Assembly (NCBI GenBank): GCA_963796455.1
Contig: CAWCLO010000004.1
Coordinates: 832,001-896,000, forward strand
DNA: 64,000 nt
Origin: Candidatus Sulfomarinibacteraceae bacterium
Lineage (GTDB): Bacteria > Acidobacteriota > Thermoanaerobaculia > Thermoanaerobaculales > Sulfomarinibacteraceae
Direction of reading: 5' to 3'
Below, piece by piece: positions 29,787 through 39,700 of this stretch (its first letter is position 1; each line of letters opens with the position of its first letter). The notes beneath the pieces were generated by a model that searched no databases, was not told the origin of the DNA, and saw only the letters and a program-made list of their open reading frames with translations. Both the position numbers and the translations under genes were made by a program.

Positions 29787-30314
29787 TCAGGAATCAGCCC
29801 GTTGCAGGTGTGTAGCCATTGGTTTCCAAACTTCTTCGGCGTTCAATCTCATTGCATCAGATATCCAGGATTCGTCGTCATCATCGGGCGTCACAACGTT
29901 GATCAGAAGGCGACTTGGATCACCGAATGAGTTGAAGACGCCCTCATCCCGGAGTCCACCAAGCACACCAAAGACGACGTCTTTCAATTCGCCCTCAAGA
30001 AAGGCCATCTCATCATCCTCAGACACCGACTCTAGGAGGCTGGCCAAAGCATCGTTGGAGGATTCCATCCCGTCCAGGGAGTCAAGCCGGCAGGACCATT
30101 CTCCTGGAACCCACCGCCACTGCTCATCCGACAAGGCTTCCTCTGAATTGCCGACTGGTGCGAAATACTCGCAGAGCGGTGTTGTGTAGAGTCCGACAAC
30201 ATAAAAACTGTGGCCCTCGTACGACGCTCGGAGGCGCGGCAACTCCCGCCGCAGATCTGTTTCGAGGAGATTTGCGAAGCGTCCGAGCTCGTTAAGGATT
30301 GTCGTGTTGATCAT
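29787..30314 (-). CDS. DUF4303-like protein (putative immunity)
   Basis: FYVVGLYT...NSEE...RWVPGEW...LRDEGVF...AMRLN. Confidence 0.7.
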   Translation of the reverse strand: MINTTILNELGRFANLLETDLRRELPRLRASYEGHSFYVVGLYTTPLCEYFAPVGNSEEALSDEQWRWVPGEWSCRLDSLDGMESSNDALASLLESVSEDDEMAFLEGELKDVVFGVLGGLRDEGVFNSFGDPSRLLINVVTPDDDDESWISDAMRLNAEEVWKPMATHLQRADS

Positions 30315-30387
30315 CTTCTCGATTGCCTAACGGTCCGAGTTCAGCGGACACCACCCGCCGCGGGTGGGGGTCCGCTGGAACGAGGTG

Positions 30388-30702
30388 TTAGGCCACACGC
30401 AATGGTTTGATTTGGAGAACATCGTCCTTGATCGCATTTTCGGCTTCCCATAGGTCAACAGCCCTCTGGAGATTCAACCAAAACTCGGCCGAATTCCCGA
30501 AGAGACGAGAGAGGCGCAACGCCATTCTTGGGCTGACGGCGCGGCGCTCACGAAGAAGCTCATTCACCGACTGGCGCGAAACCCCAAGTGAGGTTGCCAG
30601 ACCAGAAACCGTAAGACCATAGTCCGGAAGAAAATCTTCTCGAAGAAACTCGCCCGGATGGGTGGGTGGCCGCTTGAGTTTTTTATCGTTCGGGATACTC
30701 AT
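30388..30702 (-). CDS. higA: HigA family antitoxin
   Basis: PTHPGEFLREDFL...SPRMALRLSRLFGNSAEFWLNLQ. Confidence 0.95.
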   Translation of the reverse strand: MSIPNDKKLKRPPTHPGEFLREDFLPDYGLTVSGLATSLGVSRQSVNELLRERRAVSPRMALRLSRLFGNSAEFWLNLQRAVDLWEAENAIKDDVLQIKPLRVA

Positions 30703-30714
30703 CTTGAACCTCTT

Positions 30715-30996
30715 TCAATGGTAGTCGCAGATCTCGACATCGTACGCGTCGCCGTCAACGAACCAAAAACAGATTCGCCACTGTTCGTTGATCGATATCG
30801 AGTGCTGCCCTTTGCGATCATCTTTCAGGTCGTGCAACCGATTGCTTGGCGGCACTTTCAAATCGCTGAGAACAGATGCAGCGTTGATCTGCTCCAGCTT
30901 CCGCCGAGCCCTGGTCAAGATCTCCGGAGGCAACCTCCGCGCTTTGCCTGTCAGATACAGTTCGTAGGTGCGTTTGTCCGCGAAGGTTTTGATCAC
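30715..30996 (-). CDS. higB: HigB (RelE/ParE-type) toxin
   Basis: MIKTFADK...PPSNRLH.L..DRKGQHSISINEQWRICF...DYH. Confidence 0.95.
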   Translation of the reverse strand: MIKTFADKRTYELYLTGKARRLPPEILTRARRKLEQINAASVLSDLKVPPSNRLHDLKDDRKGQHSISINEQWRICFWFVDGDAYDVEICDYH

Positions 30997-31002
30997 TCAT
31001 TA

Positions 31003-31031
31003 AATGTAATGCGTCACGTGACACTTGTCAA
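31003..31031 (-). promoter_or_regulatory. sigma70 promoter and palindromic operator of higBA
   Basis: TTGACA-17 bp-TACATT with GTCACGTGAC (31013-31022) in the spacer; GTG start 6 nt downstream. Confidence 0.8.
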
Positions 31032-31167
31032 GTTCGGGAGACGGTAGTCACCTTGCCTAACGGTCCGAGTTCAGCGGACCGAACCCGCCGCGGGTGAGGG
31101 TCCGCTGGAATGAGGTGTTAGGCCTCCCAGTGCCTCTCGTGCATCGCTTCTTTCCTTGGCCCACGCT

Positions 31168-31581
31168 CTACCTCAGGCTTCGAAGGGTCAGCAGTTGCGA
31201 TTTGACTTCGCCCAAGTTCTGGTGCTCCGAGAACGGGACAAGGTCCAACGCTTCATCTGAATCGAGAAGCTCGTTGAGCCTTCTGCACAGCTCCTCGCGC
31301 TTCTCACGGTTCTTTCTGTACGCAAGCCTGGTAGCCATCTCAACATATGCATGGGACTTGCCATCGATTGTCCGAAGGAATTCGGGCGCTTGGGAGTAGG
31401 CGTAGCTGTTTAGCAGTCTGAAGAACAGATCCCGAGCGTGCTGCCAAACCGCGTGTTCCTGTTTCCTACACGGGAAACATCGTCGATTGTCGACCAATAA
31501 AGCATCTCCTACAGCCACCAAATACACGACAATACCCAGCAGTTCGGCGGTTGAGTAGCTGTCATGTCTTCGAATATTCAA
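31168..31581 (-). CDS. Hypothetical cassette protein
   Basis: 137 aa fills the cassette. Confidence 0.55.
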   Translation of the reverse strand: MNIRRHDSYSTAELLGIVVYLVAVGDALLVDNRRCFPCRKQEHAVWQHARDLFFRLLNSYAYSQAPEFLRTIDGKSHAYVEMATRLAYRKNREKREELCRRLNELLDSDEALDLVPFSEHQNLGEVKSQLLTLRSLR

Positions 31582-31687
31582 AACAACCTGCCAAAACGTC
31601 CACCTCAGGCGAGCCTAACGGTCCGAGTTCAGCGGACCACACCCGCCGCGGGTGGGGGTCTGCTGGAACGAGGTGTTAGGTGTTCTC

Positions 31688-32155
31688 CTATTCAATGGGC
31701 TCCATCACAATCCACGGATCTCTTTCAACTACGCGGAACCGCGCGTTTCCAGCGTTGGATACATGGCCAGAGAGCGCCGATAAGTCAACTACACTGCGCG
31801 GCAGCTGATAGCCCCGCACGAGACTCCCTCGAGCAGTGAAAACGATCACTCCCTCCGATTCGGAAACGTGTGCGGTAACGTCCGGCGCTACGTATTCCTG
31901 TTCGAGAGTTCGCGATGCCTGGAAACCGGTTTCAGTTTCGATCTGATCGAGTGGGGTGTAGGGTCCGTAGAAAGAGACCTTGTCCCACCGAAACGAAGTC
32001 TCCTCAGAGAGGTCGATTTCTTCTCCGACGAGATCCGGTAGATCGAATCTCATCAGTTTGTCGAACTCGTCCACGCACCATGTACCGAGGCATGCATTCA
32101 ACAGGAGCAGGATCGCGATAACGGCGATTCGATTCAACATGGTTTTCATTTTCAC
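31688..32155 (-). CDS. Lipoprotein
   Basis: LNAC lipobox; WDKVSFYGPYT. Confidence 0.75.
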   Translation of the reverse strand: MKMKTMLNRIAVIAILLLLNACLGTWCVDEFDKLMRFDLPDLVGEEIDLSEETSFRWDKVSFYGPYTPLDQIETETGFQASRTLEQEYVAPDVTAHVSESEGVIVFTARGSLVRGYQLPRSVVDLSALSGHVSNAGNARFRVVERDPWIVMEPIE

Positions 32156-32235
32156 CTAACGGTCCGAGTTCAGCGGACCACACCCGCCGCGGGTGGGGGT
32201 CCGCTGGAATGAGGTGTTAGGTGCATATTTCACTA

Positions 32236-32628
32236 TCAATCTACCGGTCTGTACCGCATAAATTCCAGTCGCGGAGGCCGCGGTGATTCCCGGGGAAGCG
32301 GAACTGATCCAAAAGGAGTCTCGAGTTGGGCGTCAGGACTGAGATAGTGCATGAAAAATGCTATCCGCATTTTTCTATCGAGCATCTCAGGAATGTTGCG
32401 GAAGACCGAGTTCAAGTCGGTGATCGCTCTGGTTCCTTCGGCATTGAGCAGTTGATCCATGTAAGCGACCTGCCATGAAGAGCGAGGTTTTCCCGGCCAT
32501 TTCTGGGCAAAGGCAACCATGTCGAAGGCTTCGCCTGGACTGTCGATGGTGAGCTCGATCAAATCGCACGGTTCTTCTGACTCTACCGGGTAGACACCGA
32601 GCACTTGGATGATTTCCTGCGATGCCAC
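32236..32628 (-). CDS. Hypothetical cassette protein
   Basis: GGAG RBS; WQVAY, RIAFFMHYL, TPFG. Confidence 0.75.
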   Translation of the reverse strand: MASQEIIQVLGVYPVESEEPCDLIELTIDSPGEAFDMVAFAQKWPGKPRSSWQVAYMDQLLNAEGTRAITDLNSVFRNIPEMLDRKMRIAFFMHYLSPDAQLETPFGSVPLPRESPRPPRLEFMRYRPVD

Positions 32629-32762
32629 TTTTTCTCCAGCCAGCCTAACGGTCCGAGTTCAGCGGCCCGAACCCGCCGCGGGTGAGGGTCCGCTGGAATG
32701 AGGTGTTAGGCCCAGATTGCTGTCCAAGGCCGACACCCCTTCTGGTGGTTCACGTTTGCTGA

Positions 32763-33107
32763 TCATCCTGGAGACGCCAATCCAAGCAGCAAAAGCAGCA
32801 TCATCAACAACGGGAGCGAAAACACGAGCAAACCAATTACTCCAAACCACCGAAGTGGGAGGTTAAGGCCAATACGTTCGTCTTCGGGTAAGCGCTTCGA
32901 CATGAGTTGAATATCGACTGTCAGGAGCAGCAGCCCGACATGAACAATGAAACCTGAAGCGAGAAAAACAATGAAACCGGTACCCAGCGCGGAATCGAGA
33001 CCGTTCAACGGCCCAGCCGCGAGTAGAAATGACGCCGCCGCCAAGCAGACAAAACCAAATGCTGCATTCCACAAGACCTTTTTCGACGAAGATGGAAGCG
33101 CCCTCAT
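32763..33107 (-). CDS. Membrane protein
   Basis: 3 TM. Confidence 0.7.
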   Translation of the reverse strand: MRALPSSSKKVLWNAAFGFVCLAAASFLLAAGPLNGLDSALGTGFIVFLASGFIVHVGLLLLTVDIQLMSKRLPEDERIGLNLPLRWFGVIGLLVFSLPLLMMLLLLLGLASPG

Positions 33108-33245
33108 GTCATGCCGTCCCTATGTTTCTCCAACCTGCCTAACGGTCCGAGTTCGGCGGCCCGAGGCCGCGCAAGGCGCGGACTTGGGTCCGCTGGAACG
33201 AGGTGTTAGGCGCGATGCGACTCTGGATGTCCAGTTTCGATTCTC

Positions 33246-33803
33246 CTATCTCAGAACAGGTTGGTTGGTCCAAAACTCAATGAATGCTCCCGCTACATCT
33301 TCTGGGTTGCAGTACTCCGTGAATGCAAAGAGTTCTTCTTCGGACATCTCGCCCCAAAACATGGTTGTAACGACCTGGGAAGAGACTGGAAGATGTCGAC
33401 CGCGAAAGGCGCAGATTCCGTCTAGAAGTAATTTGTAGGCTGCCTCGACTTCTGTTGTGAAAGCCGGTTCATCAAGCTCGCAGAAGCGGTCAGCCCATCC
33501 TGAAATCGTATTATTCAGCGGTTCAAAGATCTCCAAGTCTTCCATGTGATGGGGCGAATCGGCAGGCGACCATCTGAGCTCATACCTCAGCCGCTCGATC
33601 GAGACCCCGTCGGAGGATTCCATTGCTTGGTACCTAGAAACGACCGCTCTGAATCCTTCCTCTGTGAAGATTGTGCAACCGAAGTAATCGATGAGGGATG
33701 TTGAAAACAGGGCTATCCCGTAAACGTCCTCATCGTATTTTGATAGCCACCACTTGTAGTAGCGCTCCAGAGCGTCCGCGATATCGTGAGTGATATCTGA
33801 CAT
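33246..33803 (-). CDS. DUF4303-like protein (putative immunity)
   Basis: VYGIALFS...TEEG...LRWSPADS. Confidence 0.7.
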   Translation of the reverse strand: MSDITHDIADALERYYKWWLSKYDEDVYGIALFSTSLIDYFGCTIFTEEGFRAVVSRYQAMESSDGVSIERLRYELRWSPADSPHHMEDLEIFEPLNNTISGWADRFCELDEPAFTTEVEAAYKLLLDGICAFRGRHLPVSSQVVTTMFWGEMSEEELFAFTEYCNPEDVAGAFIEFWTNQPVLR

Positions 33804-33888
33804 GACCTTAGCCTAACGGTCCGAGTTCAGCGGACCGAACCCGCCGGGGTGAGGGTCCGCTGGAATGAGGTGTTAGGCGTATCCATGT

Positions 33889-34356
33889 TCATTGTTCGTT
33901 CTCCGATATCGCTGATTGCAAAAACAACGAGTGAAAGTCGAAAGCTGCATAGGCAACACCTGTTAGGAAAGACAGAAAGATGACAACTGCTGCCAATAGT
34001 GGCCAGTCTTCGCGGAAAAACGAGTCGCTGTTGAGGATTGCGAAGTACGTCCATGCGGCTATGGGAAGGCCGATCGCAGAACTCCCGAACACAGTCCACT
34101 TCCCACCGAAGAGCAGAACTGGGATCCAGACGAATGCGACTCCGAACGAAAACACAAACACGAGAGCCGTACCGGCCACCGCGCCCAACGCCGCTGCACC
34201 AAGAGAGACGCCTACGGATTGCTCTGGCATTCGAATCAGGTATTTTCCAAACAGGAAAGCGAACGCTCCGACATACGGCAAGACGAGTGCGAAGACGAAG
34301 AGATGGAATCCAATTCGTCCGAACGTCTGCAAGGTGGGAAGGTGTTTTGGCTTCAT
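33889..34356 (-). CDS. Membrane protein
   Basis: 4 TM. Confidence 0.75.
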   Translation of the reverse strand: MKPKHLPTLQTFGRIGFHLFVFALVLPYVGAFAFLFGKYLIRMPEQSVGVSLGAAALGAVAGTALVFVFSFGVAFVWIPVLLFGGKWTVFGSSAIGLPIAAWTYFAILNSDSFFREDWPLLAAVVIFLSFLTGVAYAAFDFHSLFLQSAISENEQ

Positions 34357-34429
34357 TCTGGTAACTGCCTAACGGTCCGAGTTCAGCGGACCACACCCGC
34401 CGCGGGTGGGGGTCCGCTGGAATGAGGTG

Positions 34430-34663
34430 TTAGGTTCTCCATTCGTGTGGCGTAACGATGATTGCGCCGCAACCCAGGCAGCGAAAAGCGACTTGCTTGT
34501 CATTGTCAGCCAGAATATCAACTTCCTTCCCCCGATCAAAAGGCTCAAATCGTAGTGCCGCGGTGCCGGGCCCTACGGCGAAAAAAGTGAAAACGAGCCC
34601 ATGAATACGGGCGTAACCTCGTATCAACTTCCCACCGCACGCCTTGCACACAAATTCACTCAT
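34430..34663 (-). CDS. Small Zn-ribbon protein
   Basis: MSEFVCKACGG.L..G...AFRCLGCG. Confidence 0.7.
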   Translation of the reverse strand: MSEFVCKACGGKLIRGYARIHGLVFTFFAVGPGTAALRFEPFDRGKEVDILADNDKQVAFRCLGCGAIIVTPHEWRT

Positions 34664-34665
34664 GG

Positions 34666-34914
34666 TCAGGTAACCGGATTGGCGCCAGCAAGAACGAGAC
34701 TCTTGCAGCCGTTGCATTTGTACGCCGCACGCCTCCCGCGTTGATTCAGTACGGCAATCTCCTGTCTCCGGTCGCCGTTGGGGGAAAAGTAGAGTTTTTT
34801 CCATGTCGGCGAAAAAAGAAATATCTGGGTAACACTTACATGAAGGTACGCGCTCCCCGCAGTTATTGATTCACCGCATCTCGGGCAAATTCGGGTGTGT
34901 GTTTCTTGGACCAT
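34666..34914 (-). CDS. Small Zn-ribbon protein (paralog of adjacent gene)
   Basis: CPRCGESI..G...AYKCNGCK. Confidence 0.7.
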   Translation of the reverse strand: MVQETHTRICPRCGESITAGSAYLHVSVTQIFLFSPTWKKLYFSPNGDRRQEIAVLNQRGRRAAYKCNGCKSLVLAGANPVT

Positions 34915-35041
34915 CAGTACCAGCTATGAAGTACTACGCGTTTGGAAGTTGAATCTTCCAGAAACCTAACGGTCCGAATTCAGCGGACCGAACCCGCCGC
35001 GGGTGAGGGTCCGCTGGAATGAGGTGTTAGGGGATACCTTT

Positions 35042-35473
35042 CTACAGCGGATCATAGTTGCACCATTTGACTTGACCTACATCCAATTCGTGTGACGACT
35101 GCAAACGAACCAAAACGATGCTCTCGTCCTTTGGGATCTGGGGATCAAACCGGATGTCGAGGCCGTCCGCCATACCTAGGATTTCATGGTTGAACTCAGC
35201 ACCTGACGAACTCACCAAGGTGGCTTCAATGGTGACCTTACCAAGGTTCTCAACAACGATGTGATCCCACGGGGGTTCTGGTTGCCAGGTGCACAGGAGT
35301 TCAACTCGCAGAGACGCCAAACGATGAGTTCGAACCAGTGGTGGATAACACTCGAATTCGGTAGGAACAGGATTCAGTCGAAACGGGATGTCTGATACCA
35401 CGACATCGTTGGCGCCTCCACCGAAGCAGGAGAGCTGAACGATGCAGATCAGGAAGAATGTTCCTTGTCTCAT
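35042..35473 (-). CDS. Lipoprotein
   Basis: QLSC lipobox-like. Confidence 0.7.
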   Translation of the reverse strand: MRQGTFFLICIVQLSCFGGGANDVVVSDIPFRLNPVPTEFECYPPLVRTHRLASLRVELLCTWQPEPPWDHIVVENLGKVTIEATLVSSSGAEFNHEILGMADGLDIRFDPQIPKDESIVLVRLQSSHELDVGQVKWCNYDPL

Positions 35474-35564
35474 AATCGTAATTCCGGGGTTTCCTAACGG
35501 TCCGAGTTCAGCGGACCAAACAGCCGCGCTGTTTGGGTCCGCTGGAATGAGGTGTTAGGTGTCA

Positions 35565-36233
35565 TCAATCTTGCTCGACATAGATACCTTGCGGATGTCG
35601 AAAGAACCTCCCGTTCACTATGACGATGTCCGCTTCGAGTTCGATGGTTTCACCCTTCTGATAATCGGACGAGTCGGCGACTTCGGGTCTTCCGCAACGG
35701 CTTCGGCTCACAAGTGTGTAGCCCGCCGCGTTGCTCTGGAAATAGTAGGGCTGGCCCCACCCGTCTCGAACCGGGACTGAGGTTTGAGGATCGAGGACCG
35801 ATTTGAGTTGACTTAGTGAAGGGGACAGGGGGTACGTTCCGTTTCGACTATGGTAATCGTCTAATTCCGCCGCAATCGATTTCATGTCGGCCATGGTTCT
35901 CTTCTGGCGACCGCGCTCGATCGCTCCAAACATCTCGGGCCCGCACGCGAAAGCGCCGATGAACCATGGGAACAGCAATAACCCAGCAAAAACCTGTGAT
36001 CTCCAGATAGCTTCGTCCGCGTTGAAACATGGGAGGCGGTGAAGGGTGAAGAACCCGGCCACGATGATGAAACTCACCGCGAGGAAAACCACCCAACCGT
36101 TCCGCTGGGCCCAGGTACAAGAGTTGATTTGGGCGAGACAAGTTGCCAGGCCTAATACCCAGGCGGCTATCAAGACTAAAACACCTAAAGCGATCCAGCC
36201 GACTGATCGAAGTGTTGACTTGAGTTCAGCCAT
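35565..36233 (-). CDS. Membrane protein with GspG-like pseudopilin domain
   Basis: RGRQKRTMADMKSIA..L..Y...NGTYP, RDGWGQPYYF, ADIVIVNGRF. Confidence 0.75.
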   Translation of the reverse strand: MAELKSTLRSVGWIALGVLVLIAAWVLGLATCLAQINSCTWAQRNGWVVFLAVSFIIVAGFFTLHRLPCFNADEAIWRSQVFAGLLLFPWFIGAFACGPEMFGAIERGRQKRTMADMKSIAAELDDYHSRNGTYPLSPSLSQLKSVLDPQTSVPVRDGWGQPYYFQSNAAGYTLVSRSRCGRPEVADSSDYQKGETIELEADIVIVNGRFFRHPQGIYVEQD

Positions 36234-36369
36234 TAGTTGTGCACCTGATTCCAATACCTAACGGTCCGAATTCAGCGGACACCACCCGCCGCGGGTGGGG
36301 GCCCGCTGGAACGAGGTGTTAGGTGAGGTGTTCACGAAACGGTCCAAAACCCAGCAAGGTCGCCCGAAA

Positions 36370-36675
36370 TCAGACACGGACCGACGCCCAGATGAAGAAC
36401 CCGATAGCGATGAAGAACCAGCTGATTGGGAAAGCATATATGTAGCCAGCGAAGGTGTGGAACATGGTCGGTTTTGGAACCTGCCTCCAGATGGTTCTCC
36501 GTGACACGAGGAAGGCGACAACTCCGAGAAGCGAAACTGCGCCACAAAGAAGTAGTGCGTAGAGGAAGATGGCTGGACCCTTTCCTACGTTTGGGGGCGC
36601 GAATATCGCCACAACGAAGCACAACCAGCCTATTGTCTGAAGAACTATTCGGGTGACGATCGGTAGCTTTTTCAT
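36370..36675 (-). CDS. Membrane protein
   Basis: 3 TM from MKKLP. Confidence 0.7.
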   Translation of the reverse strand: MKKLPIVTRIVLQTIGWLCFVVAIFAPPNVGKGPAIFLYALLLCGAVSLLGVVAFLVSRRTIWRQVPKPTMFHTFAGYIYAFPISWFFIAIGFFIWASVRV

Positions 36676-36795
36676 GAGCCAATTGCTGGTTTCACCTAAC
36701 GGTCCGAATTCAGCGGACCACACCCGCCGCGGGTGAGGGTCCGCTGGAATGAGGTGTTAGGCGTATTAACGCTGTGTTTAGGCACAGTTCTGAAT

Positions 36796-37197
36796 TCATG
36801 CGATTGCATCGAGCACCTTATCTAGTTCTCCGCTATCTGCGAGTCTCTTGAACTCGGCGGGCGAATTCGCCAATTTGAAAAGCGACCTTTTAATGTTCTC
36901 GGCAGAGAAAGGCAGGTCAATCCACTCACCATCGCCTGCCAGATCCTCGAACGAGATGAGATCCTCGTGGTACCAAGTGTGGTCTGCGAAGTAGACTGCA
37001 GGGTCGTCTGCTCCCACAACGATCGCGTTCCCGCCGATGGTCGTAGCAACAACCCACCATTCAAATTGATTCAGAAACCCGCCTGGCGATACATCGGGGG
37101 CATTCTCAAGTTCGAGCCGGCGCGCATCACACCAGCGAATCTGTGACGGCCCGAAATTCAACTGTGCGATGCGGTCCAGAAGATCGTCGAAGTCCAC
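36796..37197 (-). CDS. SMI1/KNR4 (SUKH)-like protein
   Basis: VVATTIGGNAIVV...VYFADH...LANSPAEF. Confidence 0.6.
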   Translation of the reverse strand: MDFDDLLDRIAQLNFGPSQIRWCDARRLELENAPDVSPGGFLNQFEWWVVATTIGGNAIVVGADDPAVYFADHTWYHEDLISFEDLAGDGEWIDLPFSAENIKRSLFKLANSPAEFKRLADSGELDKVLDAIA

Positions 37198-37288
37198 GCT
37201 TGTCCCTTCGCCTAACGGTCCGAGTTCAGCGGACCACACCCGCCGCGGGTGGGGGTCCGCTGGAATGAGGTGTTAGGTGTTTGATACA

Positions 37289-37468
37289 TCACTTTCGTTT
37301 CTTCTCACTCGAGGCGGTTCGACCCTTCGGAGTTCGTCCAACGATCGCAGCTCCAAGCATTGCTGGCAGCGCCCACAGAAGATTCGGTCCGCTGCCAAAA
37401 TATCCATCAAGCGCGAACACAAGAAGGCCCCCGACGATTAGAACCCAACCAAGTTGTCTCAGCGTCAT
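37289..37468 (-). CDS. 59 aa membrane peptide (below ORF-track cutoff)
   Basis: MTLRQLGWVLIVGGLLVFALDGYFGSGPNLLWALPAMLGAAIVGRTPKGRTASSEKKRK; GAGG RBS; fills cassette. Confidence 0.65.
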   Translation of the reverse strand: MTLRQLGWVLIVGGLLVFALDGYFGSGPNLLWALPAMLGAAIVGRTPKGRTASSEKKRK

Positions 37469-37579
37469 ATTTTGATTCTGCCTCTATTCCGCTCTTTCAC
37501 CTAACGGTCCGAGTTCAGCGGCCCGAGGCCGCGCAAAGCGCGGACTTGGGTCCGCTGTAATGAGGTGTTAGCCATGGTT

Positions 37580-38053
37580 TCACTTGAAACGATCATCAGC
37601 CACATTCGTTTGCCTCCGCGCATGTTCCAGCCAACCTTCGCGGATCTGGCCACGATCATCAAACTCACCAACATACGGTTTGATATCTAGGACTGGCGTG
37701 CCTTCGAGGAGGTCAACTCCTTGAATTGCCAGTGTGTTTTCCTCGATACCAATCAGCTTCACTACCGAGAGGCCAATCGGGTTCGGCCGACTTGGTGCGC
37801 GGGTTGAAAAGAGGCCCCGGAGTTGGGTGTCGAGAAACGGCACCACCTTCAAACGAAAATTTCCGGTCTTGTGCAGATGACACAGGAGGATTATGTGTGA
37901 GAACCCATCAAGGTCGCATAGGCCATCTGCAAACTCCCGAAAGACCTTCACAGTTCCTGCGGCGTTTTTTGCGCGTGAAGGCTGGATCGGAGCCCCTTCC
38001 GGTTCTTTGAACGGGCTGTGAACGACACCGATCGGCTCGTATTCGATTTTCAT
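37580..38053 (-). CDS. trmO: tRNA t6A37 N6-methyltransferase TrmO (TsaA/YaeB)
   Basis: PIGVVHSPF, GFSHII, GLFSTRAPSRPNPIGLS, GTPVLDIKPY. Confidence 0.92.
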   Translation of the reverse strand: MKIEYEPIGVVHSPFKEPEGAPIQPSRAKNAAGTVKVFREFADGLCDLDGFSHIILLCHLHKTGNFRLKVVPFLDTQLRGLFSTRAPSRPNPIGLSVVKLIGIEENTLAIQGVDLLEGTPVLDIKPYVGEFDDRGQIREGWLEHARRQTNVADDRFK

Positions 38054-38135
38054 GATGAACGTATCCTAGCTTGCCTGGCGATCCGAATTCAGCGGACCGA
38101 ACGCGCCGCGGATGAGGGTCCGCTGGAACGAGGTG

Positions 38136-38579
38136 TTAGGTGTTTTCCTCCGGATCGAACATTTTCACCATATGTTGCAGGGCCTCGGCAAAGGTTTGAT
38201 ATTCGTCTTGAGACGAAAAGCTGACGTTACCGCCATCCCCGATACAGAAACGATCTTTCGACCGAGACCATCTGAGCGTGAAAGAGTCTCTTTGACCCAA
38301 CCACAACTCATGCTGAGCCCACCACTCGAAGATGATCAGGTCATCACAGCGGTGGATATCCAGTGAATCCAGGCATGGCACCCCGTCAACGATCGAGTAG
38401 AAGTGGGTCAGCTGCTTTGTGACGTGTGGCGGAACCTCTCGATCATCTGTCCTTTCCTTGAATAGGTTGAGGGAGCTTTCGTCCGCAGGTTCCATCGTGA
38501 CGTCGTGCTCGTCGAATAGTGGTTTGAGCAGCGCCTCAATGCTGACTGTACTCGCCATGGCGTTGTTTCCTTCCTTCAC
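38136..38579 (-). CDS. SMI1/KNR4-like protein
   Basis: PADE...VPPHV..QL..FY...DG pattern; probable start MASTV at 38558. Confidence 0.55.
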   Translation of the reverse strand: MKEGNNAMASTVSIEALLKPLFDEHDVTMEPADESSLNLFKERTDDREVPPHVTKQLTHFYSIVDGVPCLDSLDIHRCDDLIIFEWWAQHELWLGQRDSFTLRWSRSKDRFCIGDGGNVSFSSQDEYQTFAEALQHMVKMFDPEENT

Positions 38580-38640
38580 CTAACGGTCCGAGTTCAGCGG
38601 CCCGCGGCCGCCGCGGGTGAGGGTCCGCTGGAATGAGATG

Positions 38641-39165
38641 TTAGGTAAGCCTTCTCTCGATTTCATCATTGAGTCGATCCAGACTGTCATTGAGGTGGTG
38701 AACCAAAGCTGAATACGCGTCGTCTGGCGAGTAGAGCGGGTTGAGCAGGGAAAACCCTTGTGAGATCTCAGACACCTCTCTGCCAAATGTAACGGTTTCT
38801 TCGCCGTGGAGTTCAGTAAACGAGGTGATCTGGTAATCGCTAGTTCCTTCGAAATCGCCGCGGAGTTTCTCCCAGGTCACCCCGTGCTTGGCCATGCATC
38901 GCATGACCGATTCCAGAACTGCCGCGCACTTTGGCGCCCCGATTCGCTGAAGCGCGTCGGCCGTTGCTCTGAGGTGTCTGCCGTTCGGGTTTTCGAGAAA
39001 CCCGATCATTCCATTCATGTCGATCTCTGTGTCACAGTCGATCAACATTACTGTGAGATGGAGAGGATTCGATAGGTTCGGGTAGTCCGATTCGTCCCGG
39101 ATCAGGGAAAGTGGTTCCTCGTAGATTCTTACCGACAGGTCTTCAATGACTTCTTCAACTGCCAT
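38641..39165 (-). CDS. DUF4375/DMP19-like protein
   Basis: EIDMNGMIGFLEN..G......ALQRIGAPKCAAVL. Confidence 0.7.
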   Translation of the reverse strand: MAVEEVIEDLSVRIYEEPLSLIRDESDYPNLSNPLHLTVMLIDCDTEIDMNGMIGFLENPNGRHLRATADALQRIGAPKCAAVLESVMRCMAKHGVTWEKLRGDFEGTSDYQITSFTELHGEETVTFGREVSEISQGFSLLNPLYSPDDAYSALVHHLNDSLDRLNDEIERRLT

Positions 39166-39275
39166 GGTTCAATTGCCTAACGGTCCGAGTTCAGCGGATC
39201 GAACCCGTCGCGGGTGAGGGTCCGCTGAAATGAGGTGTTAGGCATTGCTTTCAAGTTCATTTCCAAGCCGGACCG

Positions 39276-39593
39276 CTATGATTCTCTGTCCCACTCGACG
39301 TATACCTCGTCGGAGAAAAGGCCGAAAAGAGTGCTGCCGAGACAAACCCATCCGCTCAAGGTTCTTTCAGGACCGTCCGCAACCGAAATACGGAACACGC
39401 GCTGCCGACCAATAACAGTCCAAGAGAAAGGCCCTCTATCGATCGCGCAGATCTTGGCGCTCTGAAGTTCGATTTTGTGCTGATCCGCCCACCTCTGCAG
39501 CGCTACGAATCCGGATCTGCGGTACCACCACAACCCTAGCAACATCCAAGACACCATAAGGCAGATCACGGTTAGAAAAAGCAGTGTCTTCAT
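39276..39593 (-). CDS. Hypothetical protein with N-terminal TM
   Basis: GPFSW, QRVFRI, GWVCLG. Confidence 0.7.
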   Translation of the reverse strand: MKTLLFLTVICLMVSWMLLGLWWYRRSGFVALQRWADQHKIELQSAKICAIDRGPFSWTVIGRQRVFRISVADGPERTLSGWVCLGSTLFGLFSDEVYVEWDRES

Positions 39594-39700
39594 TAGGGCT
39601 ATTGCAACCTTTACCTAACGGGCAGGGAGTTGAGCGGACCGAACCCGCCGCGGGTGCGGGTCCGCTGGAACGAGGTGTTAAGCATACCGTTCGTTCATTC

